Translations under genes and position numbers: made by a program
Part shown: piece by piece, positions 9,162 through 18,931 of the stretch
Numbering within the stretch: the first letter of the stretch is position 1
Layout: every line of letters starts with the position of its first letter
The notes under the pieces: generated by a model
The model's input: the letters and a program-made list of their open reading frames with translations, nothing else
Told to the model about the DNA's origin: nothing
The model's database searches: none
Assembly: GCA_024626585.2 (NCBI GenBank)
Contig: JANKJI020000002.1
Span: forward strand, 217,461,839-217,480,769
Length of the DNA stretch: 18,931 bases
Direction: 5' to 3'
Origin: Ginkgo biloba
Taxonomy: Eukaryota > Plantae > Ginkgophyta

Positions 9162-10392
9162 AACTACATTGGAGGGCTCAAAATCAATTTTAAGGGCTTT
9201 TGGAGGCCCAGCGAACCCTCTACGGTAAGTCACAAGACTTTTTGCAACCCAACAAATATTATTCATACCGACAGAGCACCCAAAAATCAATTGTAGACCA
9301 GTCGCTACATTTTGGGGATCCCACAGGTGACGTCCTACAGCTCATTTGCGTTCTGAAAATCATCTTACATCAGGTTTTCTAGGTAAGTCTTATAAGTTAT
9401 AACTATAAGTAAAATCCATGCCCAAATAATATTTATTTCTAATTTCAAAATTACTATATGGACAATTTATGGTAATTTATGCATAAAATTAGTTTTTTGG
9501 ATTGCATGGTCTTTTTAGAGGTTCTATGCTTGGCTAAGTGCTGAAACAGAAACCTCAAGGCAGGGCGCCCTTAGTTATGAGGTCTCATTATGATTGTAGC
9601 ATACTAAATTTGCATTATCATGCATTTTTATTTTCAGATTGCTTGTTGCCCTATTTCCCTGAAAACCTTAGCAACTTGACCTCGAGCAATGAATGCGCCA
9701 TGTTGAGACCGTTTGGTAGATGGTTTGATGCCCTAGAGCAAGGTGCCTCTATTGGAACCATTTATTGACCCATTTGCAAATGTGTTTGGGTTTAGTAATA
9801 GTGGATTTTTCCAAGAGAGTTAGTTGGATGCCTAAACTCCAGTCTATTGGTTGTAGCTACAAGACTAGCGACTATTGGTGTAGTCATTATGTGTGTGGTC
9901 TGTTGTTGTAGCCATACTTTCATGGCCTATTGGTGCAGCCATGGAAATAGTAAGGGTTTTTGGTCTAGGGCTATTGGTGTAGACCAAGGGTTTTAATCTA
10001 GAACCATAACTATCAATGAGGGTTGGATTGTTCTTTTTCATAACGGGTTATCCATAATGCCAAAGACTTGGCATCCTCTTCTAGTGCGGGGTTGAGCGAT
10101 GGACTCTAGTAGATGACGGTAGCATTTTATGCATTGGATGTTTGGTTGCCTCCATAGAAGAGACCTCTAGGCAATCCCCATGGCCAAAAGGTGGTGTTGG
10201 AACGTTGCAATCCCTTTCCTCCTAACAATTCTTCCCTATTGACTTACTAACAAAACATGAACTAACATAAGCAAATACATGTTGATTGTTAAAAATATGA
10301 TGGCTAGTTATTTTTGTTATTCTCATGATTATGAATTTATCTCTTTATATTCTTTTATTTCTTTATTGTTAATAGAGAAGCAGGTTGTTATA
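9162..10392 (+). repeat. LTR-like sequence ending just before a tRNA-iMet PBS (may be composite)
   Basis: Non-coding, with internal short repeats. It ends ...GTTGTTATA-G-TGGTATC, where TA may be a deaminated terminal CA. Confidence 0.45.
9844..9984 (+). repeat. Five degenerate CTATTGGTGTAGCC repeats with variable spacers
   Basis: Copies start at 9844, 9872, 9900, 9927 and 9971 (periods 28, 28, 27, 44). Confidence 0.75.
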
Positions 10393-10393
10393 G

Positions 10394-10406
10394 TGGTATC
10401 AAAGCC
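10394..10406 (+). promoter_or_regulatory. Primer-binding site complementary to initiator tRNA-Met 3' end
   Basis: TGGTATCAAAGCC versus the canonical TGGTATCAGAGCC (1 mismatch), followed 16 nt later by a gag-like ATG. Confidence 0.8.
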
Positions 10407-10422
10407 TAAGAGGATCAAGAGA

Positions 10423-10508
10423 ATGGAGGCAATTATGAAGGAATTGCAAGCTAAAGTTTAGTCCATGAGAGTTGAACTTAGAGAGCTCAAGGAGGGTCGA
10501 GAGGAGCC
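10423..10508 (+). mobile_element. gag: N-terminus of an LTR-retrotransposon gag (pseudogenised)
   Basis: MEAIMKELQAKV*SMRVELRELKEGREE: a coiled-coil-like start directly after the PBS, with an in-frame TAG, cut by a 100-N gap. Confidence 0.6.
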
Positions 10509-10638
10509 NNNNNNNNNNNNNNNNNNNNNNNNNNNNNNNNNNNNNNNNNNNNNNNNNNNNNNNNNNNNNNNNNNNNNNNNNNNNNNNNNNNNNNNNNNNN
10601 NNNNNNNNATCTTGTCTGAAAATGAGGCGCAAGGCATT

Positions 10639-10894
10639 TGTCGGAGGAGGTTCTATCTACTGTCGGTGGCTGTCGGAGAATTTTTTATGTCAGATGAGTG
10701 TTGCTCACATGTTGGGGAGACTGTTCACGTCGGGTGTCGGAGTAGGCACATTATCGGAGAGATGGCACGTATGTCGATGATGTCTTCATTTGTCGGATAT
10801 CGGAGGTATGTTGGAGGTCGAATGAGTCTTTTGTCAAGGAGCCCTGTGTCAGATGAAGTTGTGCAACAGTGGAGAGAATTGGAGCCGTTGTCGC
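10639..10894 (+). repeat. Array of TGTCGG hexamers and deaminated variants (TE subterminal or LTR repeat)
   Basis: Perfect TGTCGG at 10639, 10661, 10671, 10735, 10791. Variants TGTCAG, TGTTGG, CGTCGG, TATCGG, TGTCGA, TGTCAA, TGTCGC lie between them, all on one strand. Confidence 0.75.
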
Positions 10895-12029
10895 CGGTTG
10901 AAATGATTTGCAACTAAATGAAATTGCCTATAATTCCATTTCTAAGGTTTAATTTAAATTATTAAATCATAAATTTTAAGTCACATAGCATGGTCACATG
11001 ATGACTAAATTTTATTCAAGGGACTAAACCTATTTTAAAAATAAAGACTAACAATTCACAACATTATTTCGAGTAACAATAATCCACCAACGTCCACAGA
11101 ATATTCATTGACATTGATGAAATTATTTCATTGTGAATTCCAAGACTACGAACAATTATCTATATGTAAAGCGTGAATTTGACGGAGAGTGGTTCTCAAC
11201 TTACTTGAGATTGTGGAATGTGTTGTGGATTTAAATAATTTTCTTCTTAAAGAGTTATTGGGAGTTTCTTCAAGAGATTCGCTTTGTTCAAAGTATGGGA
11301 AAACAATTTACTCGAAAGACAGTTGATATGATAGCGGGCATTGAAAATAACTACCAGCACCAACGAATGTTTCACTGATAGAGATCTCATCAATAGGCAG
11401 AGTTCACTAACGGACATAAGATATTGATGAAGAATTGAACTCATTATGTAATTGTATTTTTAGAGTCAACACATTTTCCCATTTGTTTATGCAGGAGTGA
11501 TGACGCTAAATATCCACAATATAGGTAGTTCATCAGCATATAATCTATGAGTGAGANNNNNNNNNNNNNNNNNNNNNNNNNNNNNNNNNNNNNNNNNNNN
11601 NNNNNNNNNNNNNNNNNNNNNNNNNNNNNNNNNNNNNNNNNNNNNNNNNNNCCCATGGAAGCATATGTTGTAGGTGCATTTTAGCTTTAGTTTAATATCT
11701 TGTCAATTTGTACATTGGTAGTCATTCAGTCATGTAAGTTGTATTTTTTTGTACTTTCATGGAGGATGACTAAGCGATTATGCAATAGCAAGCTAGCGGC
11801 TACTTAATAATTACACCTTAAAGACTAGTCAGGATGACAGGCATAACACTAGTTGAAAGGACCCAATAGTTGTGTTCAATTTTTTATGACTAAGGACTTG
11901 ATTACAACATAAAGAATATAGACTATAATAGACAATTATGAAGGTGAGAAGCATCAATCATTTTAGAGATGCATAGTTCATATTGATAACATTATATACC
12001 TTGGAGGTTTTTTTACCCTAGATCCTTCA

Positions 12030-12415
12030 TGGGTTAAGGTTTTTCTTCAAGGAGGGAAGTAATGACCTCATTACTACATCTGGAAAATGTGACAACTCAC
12101 CCACCAATTATAGGGCTTAACTAATCATCTAGATAGTGAAATCACAAATAAAAGAATTGGATTGGAGTAGTTAGGGCATATTAATTAGGATTTACGAAAG
12201 GACAAACATTTAATGTGATGGCACCATTTTAGGATTATGTCACTTCAATGTGAAAAAATGTCATATTGCATTTATAATGTGAGAGATAGTATAAATAAGA
12301 GACAGAAAAACCCTCCTGTATGTGAGAGTTGAATGTAATCTTCTATGGATTGGTGTGAGGCCATTCTTTAGGGTTTACATTTATGTACCATCATTGAATG
12401 AGTAGTAATAATAAT
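12030..12415 (+). mobile_element. 3' end (PPT) and truncated LTR of a plus-strand chromovirus-like element
   Basis: AAGGTTTTTCTTCAAGGAGGGAAGTAA-TG (12037-12064) resembles the chromovirus pol-end/PPT junction. TATAAATA lies at 12290, followed by U5-like TGTAATC...TAGGGTTT. Confidence 0.5.
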
Positions 12416-12417
12416 TC

Positions 12418-15400
12418 TTGTCTAAAAGTTGCTTTGATTCTTATCATGAATGCATCACATTCCAATGTAAATGGTTTGGTGAAGTCCGATTTTGCCAATA
12501 CTGGTTTTGTTGTCAATTTTGTCTTTAAATCTTTGAATGCTTTGTATGCCAAGCTATCCATTTGAATGCCTCTTTCTTCATTAGATCGGTTAACGGTGCA
12601 ACTATTGACCAGTAGTGTCATACAAGTTTCCGATGAAACTCACTCATTTTGAGAAGTCCTCTTAGTTTAGTTACCATTTTTCACTGCAGCTAGTCTTTAA
12701 TAGCTTAGAGTGGCAAGGTCCATTGTTACGTCATCCTTGGTGATAATGTGCTCGAGCTATTCCAAACTCTATTTCCCAAATACACACTTGAATTCTTTTG
12801 TACATAGTTAATCTTTTTCTAGGATTTCTAGCACTTTATGTAGGTGGTTGATATGTTGTTTCCATTTGCACTATAGGTTAATATATCATCAAAAAATACT
12901 CGAACATATTTTCATGTACCAAGATTTTGTTTGTTAGTGCCTAGAATGTCACTAGTGCGTTGCAAAGCCCAAGTGGCATGACTCAAAACTCAGTGTCCTT
13001 CGTGTGTACAAAATGCTCTTTTGTGTCTATCCTCGAGGCAAATTGGAATTTGATAGTAGGCAGATCGCAAATATATCTTGGAGAAATATTGTGCTTTGTT
13101 TAGCTTGTCCATTAGATCATCTATGCATAACATAGGGAACTTTTTTATTATTGTGATTTTATTCAATGCTTGGTAATCTACACATAGTCAAAATGAGTCG
13201 TCTTTTTTTCTTGCAAGTACCACTGGTGTTGCTCAAGGGCTTTTGCTGTCTATGATGGCTCCAATGTCTATTAAATCTTGTGTTTGTCTTTCTATCTCTA
13301 TCTTTTGTCTATGACTATATTAGTACAACTTGAGAATTGTTGGAGCTTTACTTGGCTCTATCTTGGTAATGTGATTCATGTCCCTATATGGGGGTAGACT
13401 TTTTGGTAAGTTTTGGAAAATCTTGATGTGCTTCTGTAGTACTTGTTCTATATCCTTCTTTTGTTCTTCTGTTTGTTTGTCTTCCATGCTTACTACGTCT
13501 GGTAGAGCTTCCATACTACATAGCCTTGGGATGAAGTCCATATGCCCTTTTCAGAGGATGTTGTTCAATTATTTGGAATTTACCACTTGATTTTCTAATG
13601 CCCTTATGCCATGAAATTTGTGCTTTACTCCTTAGAGTTTCAATTTCATGAAGTTTTCATCATGGTTTGTTCCATGTGTGCCTAAGGTTTGCAACCATTG
13701 TATTCCTAGCACTTTGACGACACTTCCAATTGGAATCGCAAGAAATGAGTCTTGCAATGTGTAGTTTGCAATCTATAGTCGTAAGTTTTTTATTATTCAT
13801 CACACATTACCTCAATGTTCCCTGGAATTGAGCAAGAAATTTATGCCTTCTAACAAGATGCAGTTCCAATCTTTTAATTTGTCGCATGTCGAGGAAGTTG
13901 AGGACTTCCTGAATCTACCATTATTAGTAGCTTAGATTGTGCATACATACCTATGTACCTTGAGTTTGTCAAATTTGGGAAGCCCTGTCATTGGTTGCAA
14001 TGAAATTTCTACCTTCCTTGTTTGTAATGGCAGTTCTATAATTTCGTTGTTATGTAATAAAACCATTACATATGGTTATGGTTAATTATGATATAATTAT
14101 GANNNNNNNNNNNNNNNNNNNNNNNNNNNNNNNNNNNNNNNNNNNNNNNNNNNNNNNNNNNNNNNNNNNNNNNNNNNNNNNNNNNNNNNNNNNNNNNNNN
14201 NNNNNNNNNNNNNNNNNNNNNNNNNNNNNNNNNNNNNNNNNNNNNNNNNNNNNNNNNNNNNNNNNNNNNNNNNNNNNNNNNNNNNNNNNNNNNNNNNNNN
14301 NNNNNNNNNNNNNNNNNNNNNNNNNNNNNNNNNNNNNNNNNNNNNNNNNNNNNNNNNNNNNNNNNNNNNNNNNNNNNNNNNNNNNNNNNNNNNNNNNNNN
14401 NNNNNNNNNNNNNNNNNNNGTATTATTCTATTCCTCTTCATTTTACATCCTTTGGAGCAAGATTTATGGTTATTCGTCGTCTGAGCCACTGTCTTCTTCC
14501 ATACTATCTTTTGTGGTTGGTTCCTCTTCTTGATTCTTCTCATCTATCTTTCCTTCCTTTTTGTCGAGTACTTCTACCACTGTGTTTTTTTACACGCGTC
14601 CTTTATTCCATGGTTTGCTGCATGTGTAACATTCTCCTTTTCGCCATTTTTTGTTGATTTCTTATTGGGATAATTGTTGTCGTTGCTTGTTTCCTCGTTG
14701 GAACTTGTTGAATGTTTGGTTCTTTTGAAAGTATCTGTCATGGCCTTGCCCCTTCCCTTTGTTTGTCATGCTATAAACATAGCTTGATCTAATGATTGCG
14801 AGTTGTGATTTCATAGTTCTTACTTAATTTCTGGACATAAGTTGCAAATGTAGAAATCTAGGACTCTTCCCTGAGTCTGGATTTAATGTTCAGAACCTTG
14901 AATTTTTCTGAATATTCTTGTACTGTCTGATCTTTCTAGATAAAGTGTGGCAATTGGATATTGTATGGATCTCCCCAGTTGCAGTCTGTTCTAAAATAGA
15001 AATCTTTTATAAATTCTGTGTACACAATTCCTCTACCATGTGTTCCTTGTATCATTTTGTCCCTTAAGTGGGAGCATGTCCTTCCATGTTTGCTACTGCA
15101 GAATGTACTCTTTCTACGTCTGAATTTGTGTTTGTATTAAGGAAATAATGTCTTGAGCTTCACAATATACTCCTCTGGTCCTATTGGTCCATTGAATTTA
15201 TATTGCGAAACCTTGGGTTGGAGTTGGTATGTTATTCATCTCTCCCATTGCTGTGNNNNNNNNNNNNNNNNNNNNNNNNNNNNNNNNNCTTTCCTCTTGT
15301 TCTGGGTCTTTGCATCCTTCTTGCTCACTAGAACTGTTGTTGCTTCCGCTTCTACTTTTTGTGATCTGTGATTGTATGGCCTTGATCTTGTCATCAATCT

Positions 15401-15504
15401 TATGGAATGTATCTATTATTTCCTTTATCAATTGTAGTCCCCATTGTGATAGTTTTTCTTTCTTCTTCCATGTTGTTCTTAATCTGTTTTTGTGTATTCA
15501 CCAT
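12418..15504 (-). mobile_element. gag-pol: Decayed Ty3/gypsy chromovirus gag-pol (gag, protease, RT, start of RNase H)
   Basis: gag KDQTVQEYSEKFKVLN (~14890-14937). Protease LLIMVDSGS (~13904-13930) and VLGIQWLQTLG (~13680-13712). RT VVLARKKDDSF*LCVDYQALNKITI, KFPMLCIDDLMDKLNKAQYFSKIYLRSAYYQI, VMPLGLCNA, VFFDDILTYS (~12870-12899). RNase H linker AFKDLKTKLTTKPVLAKSDFTKPFTLECDA (~12450-12545). Many stops and frameshifts. Confidence 0.93.
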
Positions 15505-15837
15505 GCGATATTATTGTCTNNNNNNNNNNNNNNNNNNNNNNNNNNNNNNNNNNNNNNNNNNNNNNNNNNNNNNNNNNNNNNNNNNNNNNNNNNNNNNNNN
15601 NNNNNNNNNNNNNNNNNNNNNNNNNNNNNNNNNNNNNNNNNNNNNNNNNNNNNNNNNNNNNNNNNNNNNNNNNNNNNNNNNNNNNNNNNNNNNNNNNNNN
15701 NNNNNNNNNNNNNNNNNNNNNNNNNNNNNNNNNNNNNNNNNNNNNNNNNNNNNNNNNNNNNNNNNNNNNNNNNNNNNNNNNNNNNNNNNNNNNNNNNNNN
15801 NNNNNNNNNNNNNNNNNNNNNNNNNNNNNNNNNNNNN

Positions 15838-15900
15838 AGATGATGAACAGATCCTCAGGTTCCTTCAAGGTGAAGAAGAATTTTGTGACTTACATATATA
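15838..15900 (+). mobile_element. Short Tat-like gypsy pol fragment (post-RNase H region)
   Basis: DDEQILRFLQGEEEFCDLHI resembles the (WQVF)EDD.QI.RFL....EF....I motif I recall from conifer Tat-type pol. It is very short and abuts an N gap. Confidence 0.45.
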
Positions 15901-16650
15901 GCTTTTGTTATGTTGGTTAAGGCTTTTGTTTAAGCTCCAAAATGCCTGTTAACGTTAAGAACTCTTCTACCTACTCCGAACATTTAACTAAACTATTTTG
16001 AGGATCCTCATTTTCTTAACTTGCATGGCTTTTGGGTTTTCCTCTTCCAGCTTAAAATGTAATAATTGGACAAGGATAAGAGTTACAACTACATTTCTAT
16101 AGAGTTATCTAAGAAAGAGAAATATAGGAGATATGTGAGCCCATTTATTTTTTAAATCTATGTGCATTCATGTGTGTGTCAAAGAGAGAGAGAGTATCCC
16201 ACTACACAAAATTATATACGAGAACTGAAATTAAAAGTGCAAAATGAAATCTCCTACACCATGGTGTCATTCTAACCTGTCTTAGAGTATAGGGTATTAT
16301 TATCTGCCACAATGTCTTCAAAGTGATTTTCAAAGTTATTTAAAACTAACTATTTTGTAAGCTATATAATGGCTTGGAATCTTATCAAGCAGCTATTCTC
16401 AGTCACAATATATAGTATTTACTAGCAGATTTATCATGTAAGCCATTTTGACATGATGTTGATCCCCATACAACATTATGAACATCATATGTAAGATGAG
16501 AATAATTTATTAAGTCATGGAGCTTTTATTCAACACTAAATGAAACTATAGTCAAAAGTAATTCTATTGTGACAGGAAGAAGTTGGTGTGCACAGGCTAG
16601 AATCATTAATTGAATTTGTAACTCGTGCCATCATTGTATGTTGTGTGCAG

Positions 16651-16763
16651 GATTTGATGCAGAAGACGAAGACTTGGAAGTGGAAGATCATTCCACTCTA
16701 GAGTTCACAATAAGAAAATGGTTCACTAAGCTTGAACACTTCGTGGAGAAAAATATGACATGA
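16651..16763 (+). CDS. Putative terminal coding exon of an unidentified host gene: (G)FDAEDEDLEVEDHSTLEFTIRKWFTKLEHFVEKNMT*
   Basis: Consensus acceptor TTGTATGTTGTGTGCAG|G at 16650, with AT-rich intron-like DNA upstream. The phase-1 frame gives an acidic patch plus an amphipathic helix ending TGA, followed by UTR-like non-repetitive sequence. Confidence 0.65.
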
Positions 16764-18931
16764 TGTTTGGGACAAAAATATCACCTGTGAGATCAAACTC
16801 TTCTTATCATCATTGTCACTGCAATGAGAAAGGTCTGAATATGGTTTCAGCTGTAAACTCAAAGTGATTTCATTCTTCCTATTGGAGCTTTCGGGTTTCC
16901 TTTCCCTGACTTCAGAGATAATAGAAGTGGCTTCAAACAAGTTCTTGTACCATAGAACATGAAGTTGCTTCATGGAGAACCTGTTTCTGCATCAAGGAAA
17001 TAGTATCCAATGGAAATATTGGATACGTTCTGCAAATGATGGGCTTATTTCTTTGTTGGTCGTGTTTAAATAGCAGCAAGGGAAGGTGAATTGCTGGAAA
17101 GAAATTTTCACCTGAAATTTATTGTATAGTAGACGGAATATCTGTGCAGATGATATCAGATTACACAGGTTGGGTAATCAGCCAGAGGAGGTACAACAAC
17201 AGATAATGCATGAATGTGCCAAAGAATACTGCAAATTTGCATGCTCGATGGCCTTAGAATTCTCCTGTTTTCTGATTTTTCCAAATGCCATTTTCCATAT
17301 AAACAATGATAAATGCATGCTAATTTATGAAGGGAAGTTATGGGATCACTGTTCCACCTCTTCTAGAGGAAACAAATAGCTTCTTTTTAGAGAGTCGAAT
17401 ATTTCATGTCGATAAATCTCTTTTCTAAGGATCATGCTTTTACAATTCACATGATGCCTCACGAATTTTCTTGATACCTTAGGATTCTGACTCTAGCATA
17501 GTATCTTATGAAAACATCAATTTCATTTGTCGAAGGGAAATAGCAAAATGAGTTTCGCGTGAAATATTAAACTATATCACATGAAATTCCATTTGAAGAG
17601 CTTAAAACATGTTGCATGTAATGGTGTTTGTTGAGTAAACGATAAAACAAGACCCACTAGCATTAAATCCAAAATAATGATAAATAAAGTAGTTACTCTA
17701 GCTTTGAGTAATTTAATCATTGGCAAATAAAGATCCGATGCCACACAATTCCCACGTGTCAGAAGTATACAACATTGTCATATAGATTTTCTTTTAAAAG
17801 CATGTCTTTTGGTGTTTTCAGATTTACATCCATGAAGTGAAGTGTTTGAGATTTACTTTGTTATTTAAGGTCCATGTTAAGAATTCATTTTGGGGGGGTA
17901 CTCCCTTTATAACTATTGTGTAAAGAATGGAAGGTTGAATTTGCTGTCATAAGTTACAATTAATTAGGTTTTAGATGCATTACTTTGTGAAATACAGCAC
18001 CAATCAAAGAGCCTTCAAAGATTATACACATATGCACACATACATACATGTTGTTCTTGTTGCTCATATTGACATGATACATTTTTCACACTAATTCTTT
18101 CAAAATGGTCTCCATAGTTTGCCCATTTCGCAGTCTTGTATTCATGTTGTTATTGCAAAATCATTGAGGATAAAATTCAACACTGCATATCGATTCAGAA
18201 AATTTGGGGAAATGAATTTCCATGTTTCAACTATTCTCACACCAAAAATACATTAATCCATTGTTTAAACAAAAAGTATGGGATGAATGGGAGTATATGA
18301 CTTTTTTATTTTTATTAACATTGATAAGAACTCTATGAGAATCATTTTGTTTGTTTGTTTGTTAGTGCAAATATTAGATGGTAATGATTGAAGGACTTGC
18401 CTAACCCAATAATTATGTGTGTTGACCAATCACCAACATTCTGAGCAATCCATTTTTATCAATCTCCATGTCTTGGGCTAACATTGAAAAACCAATGGAT
18501 GAGACTCTCTATTTTCTATACAAGGGCATCAAACAGTAATGGAATGGGCATGTCAACATAGTTGTGGCTAACTATCAAGTAACTTCAATTTACAACAACA
18601 CAATGCGCATAAAATCTTAGAATATTCAATCAAATATTTCAATAGCTATTGCATTTGAATACTCAAATGTAGGATAGTTGTTGACAACAACTCTCACATT
18701 AGACCAAAGATCTAAGAAGAAAGAACAAATTAGTAGGAATACAAAGTAGTTAGACAAGCAATTGTAAATCTATTTAATGGTCTGGAAAATGTCAATCTGC
18801 ATCTAATAATGAACAACAATCATTGTCAATGATGTGTGTAAAGGGAAAATGACTTGGATCTCTAAGTAATGTACACCTATGTAGACTATAAGTTGGAGTT
18901 GTTGAGGGCAAATTGTTGCAGATATCAACTT

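Noticed and set aside
9844-9984. CRISPR array
   Set aside because: Repeats (14 bp) and spacers (~14 bp) are too short and degenerate, there are no cas genes, and the context is a plant LTR.
5962-10608. Biological meaning of adjacency across the exactly 100-N gaps (5962-6061, 9062-9161, 10509-10608)
   Set aside because: These are likely placeholder scaffold gaps of unknown size, so neighbouring segments may not be contiguous.
14072-15920. Long ORFs dominated by X (also 4623-5130, 5835-6224, 8036-8281, 8923-9290, 10399-10917, 11444-11656)
   Set aside because: Artefacts of translating through N runs; only the flanking TE-derived peptides are meaningful.
16698-17379. ORFs 16698..16973(-) and 17122..17379(+) as genes
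   Set aside because: No motif or splice support; they lie antisense to, or within, the probable 3'UTR of the plus-strand terminal exon.
18200-18931. Possible decayed TE coding sequence at the window end
   Set aside because: I found no recognisable motif or sustained frame by eye.

Overview
Eukaryotic, AT-rich, CpG-depleted land-plant nuclear DNA, most likely a large-genome gymnosperm judging by the retroelement families I recognise from memory. It comes from a fragmented assembly with 14 N-runs, three of exactly 100 N. Most of the window is nested, decayed Ty3/gypsy debris: a Tat-like LTR+gag on the minus strand (~2233-4100), a chromovirus integrase tail (5640-5961), an LTR/PBS/gag start (9162-10508), a chromovirus gag-protease-RT-RNaseH (12418-15504) and a Tat-like pol scrap (15838-15900). 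There is also a possible SWIM/MULE remnant (6062-7014). Two host-like coding pieces stand out: a stop-free ~300-codon minus-strand exon followed by a canonical 90-bp intron (1219-2232), and a plus-strand terminal exon (16651-16763). The most unusual structure is that the decayed gag frame runs in frame, with no N gap, into the intact host-like exon, giving an LTR-gag-host exon-intron chimera. No prokaryotic systems, CRISPR arrays or RNA genes are supported.
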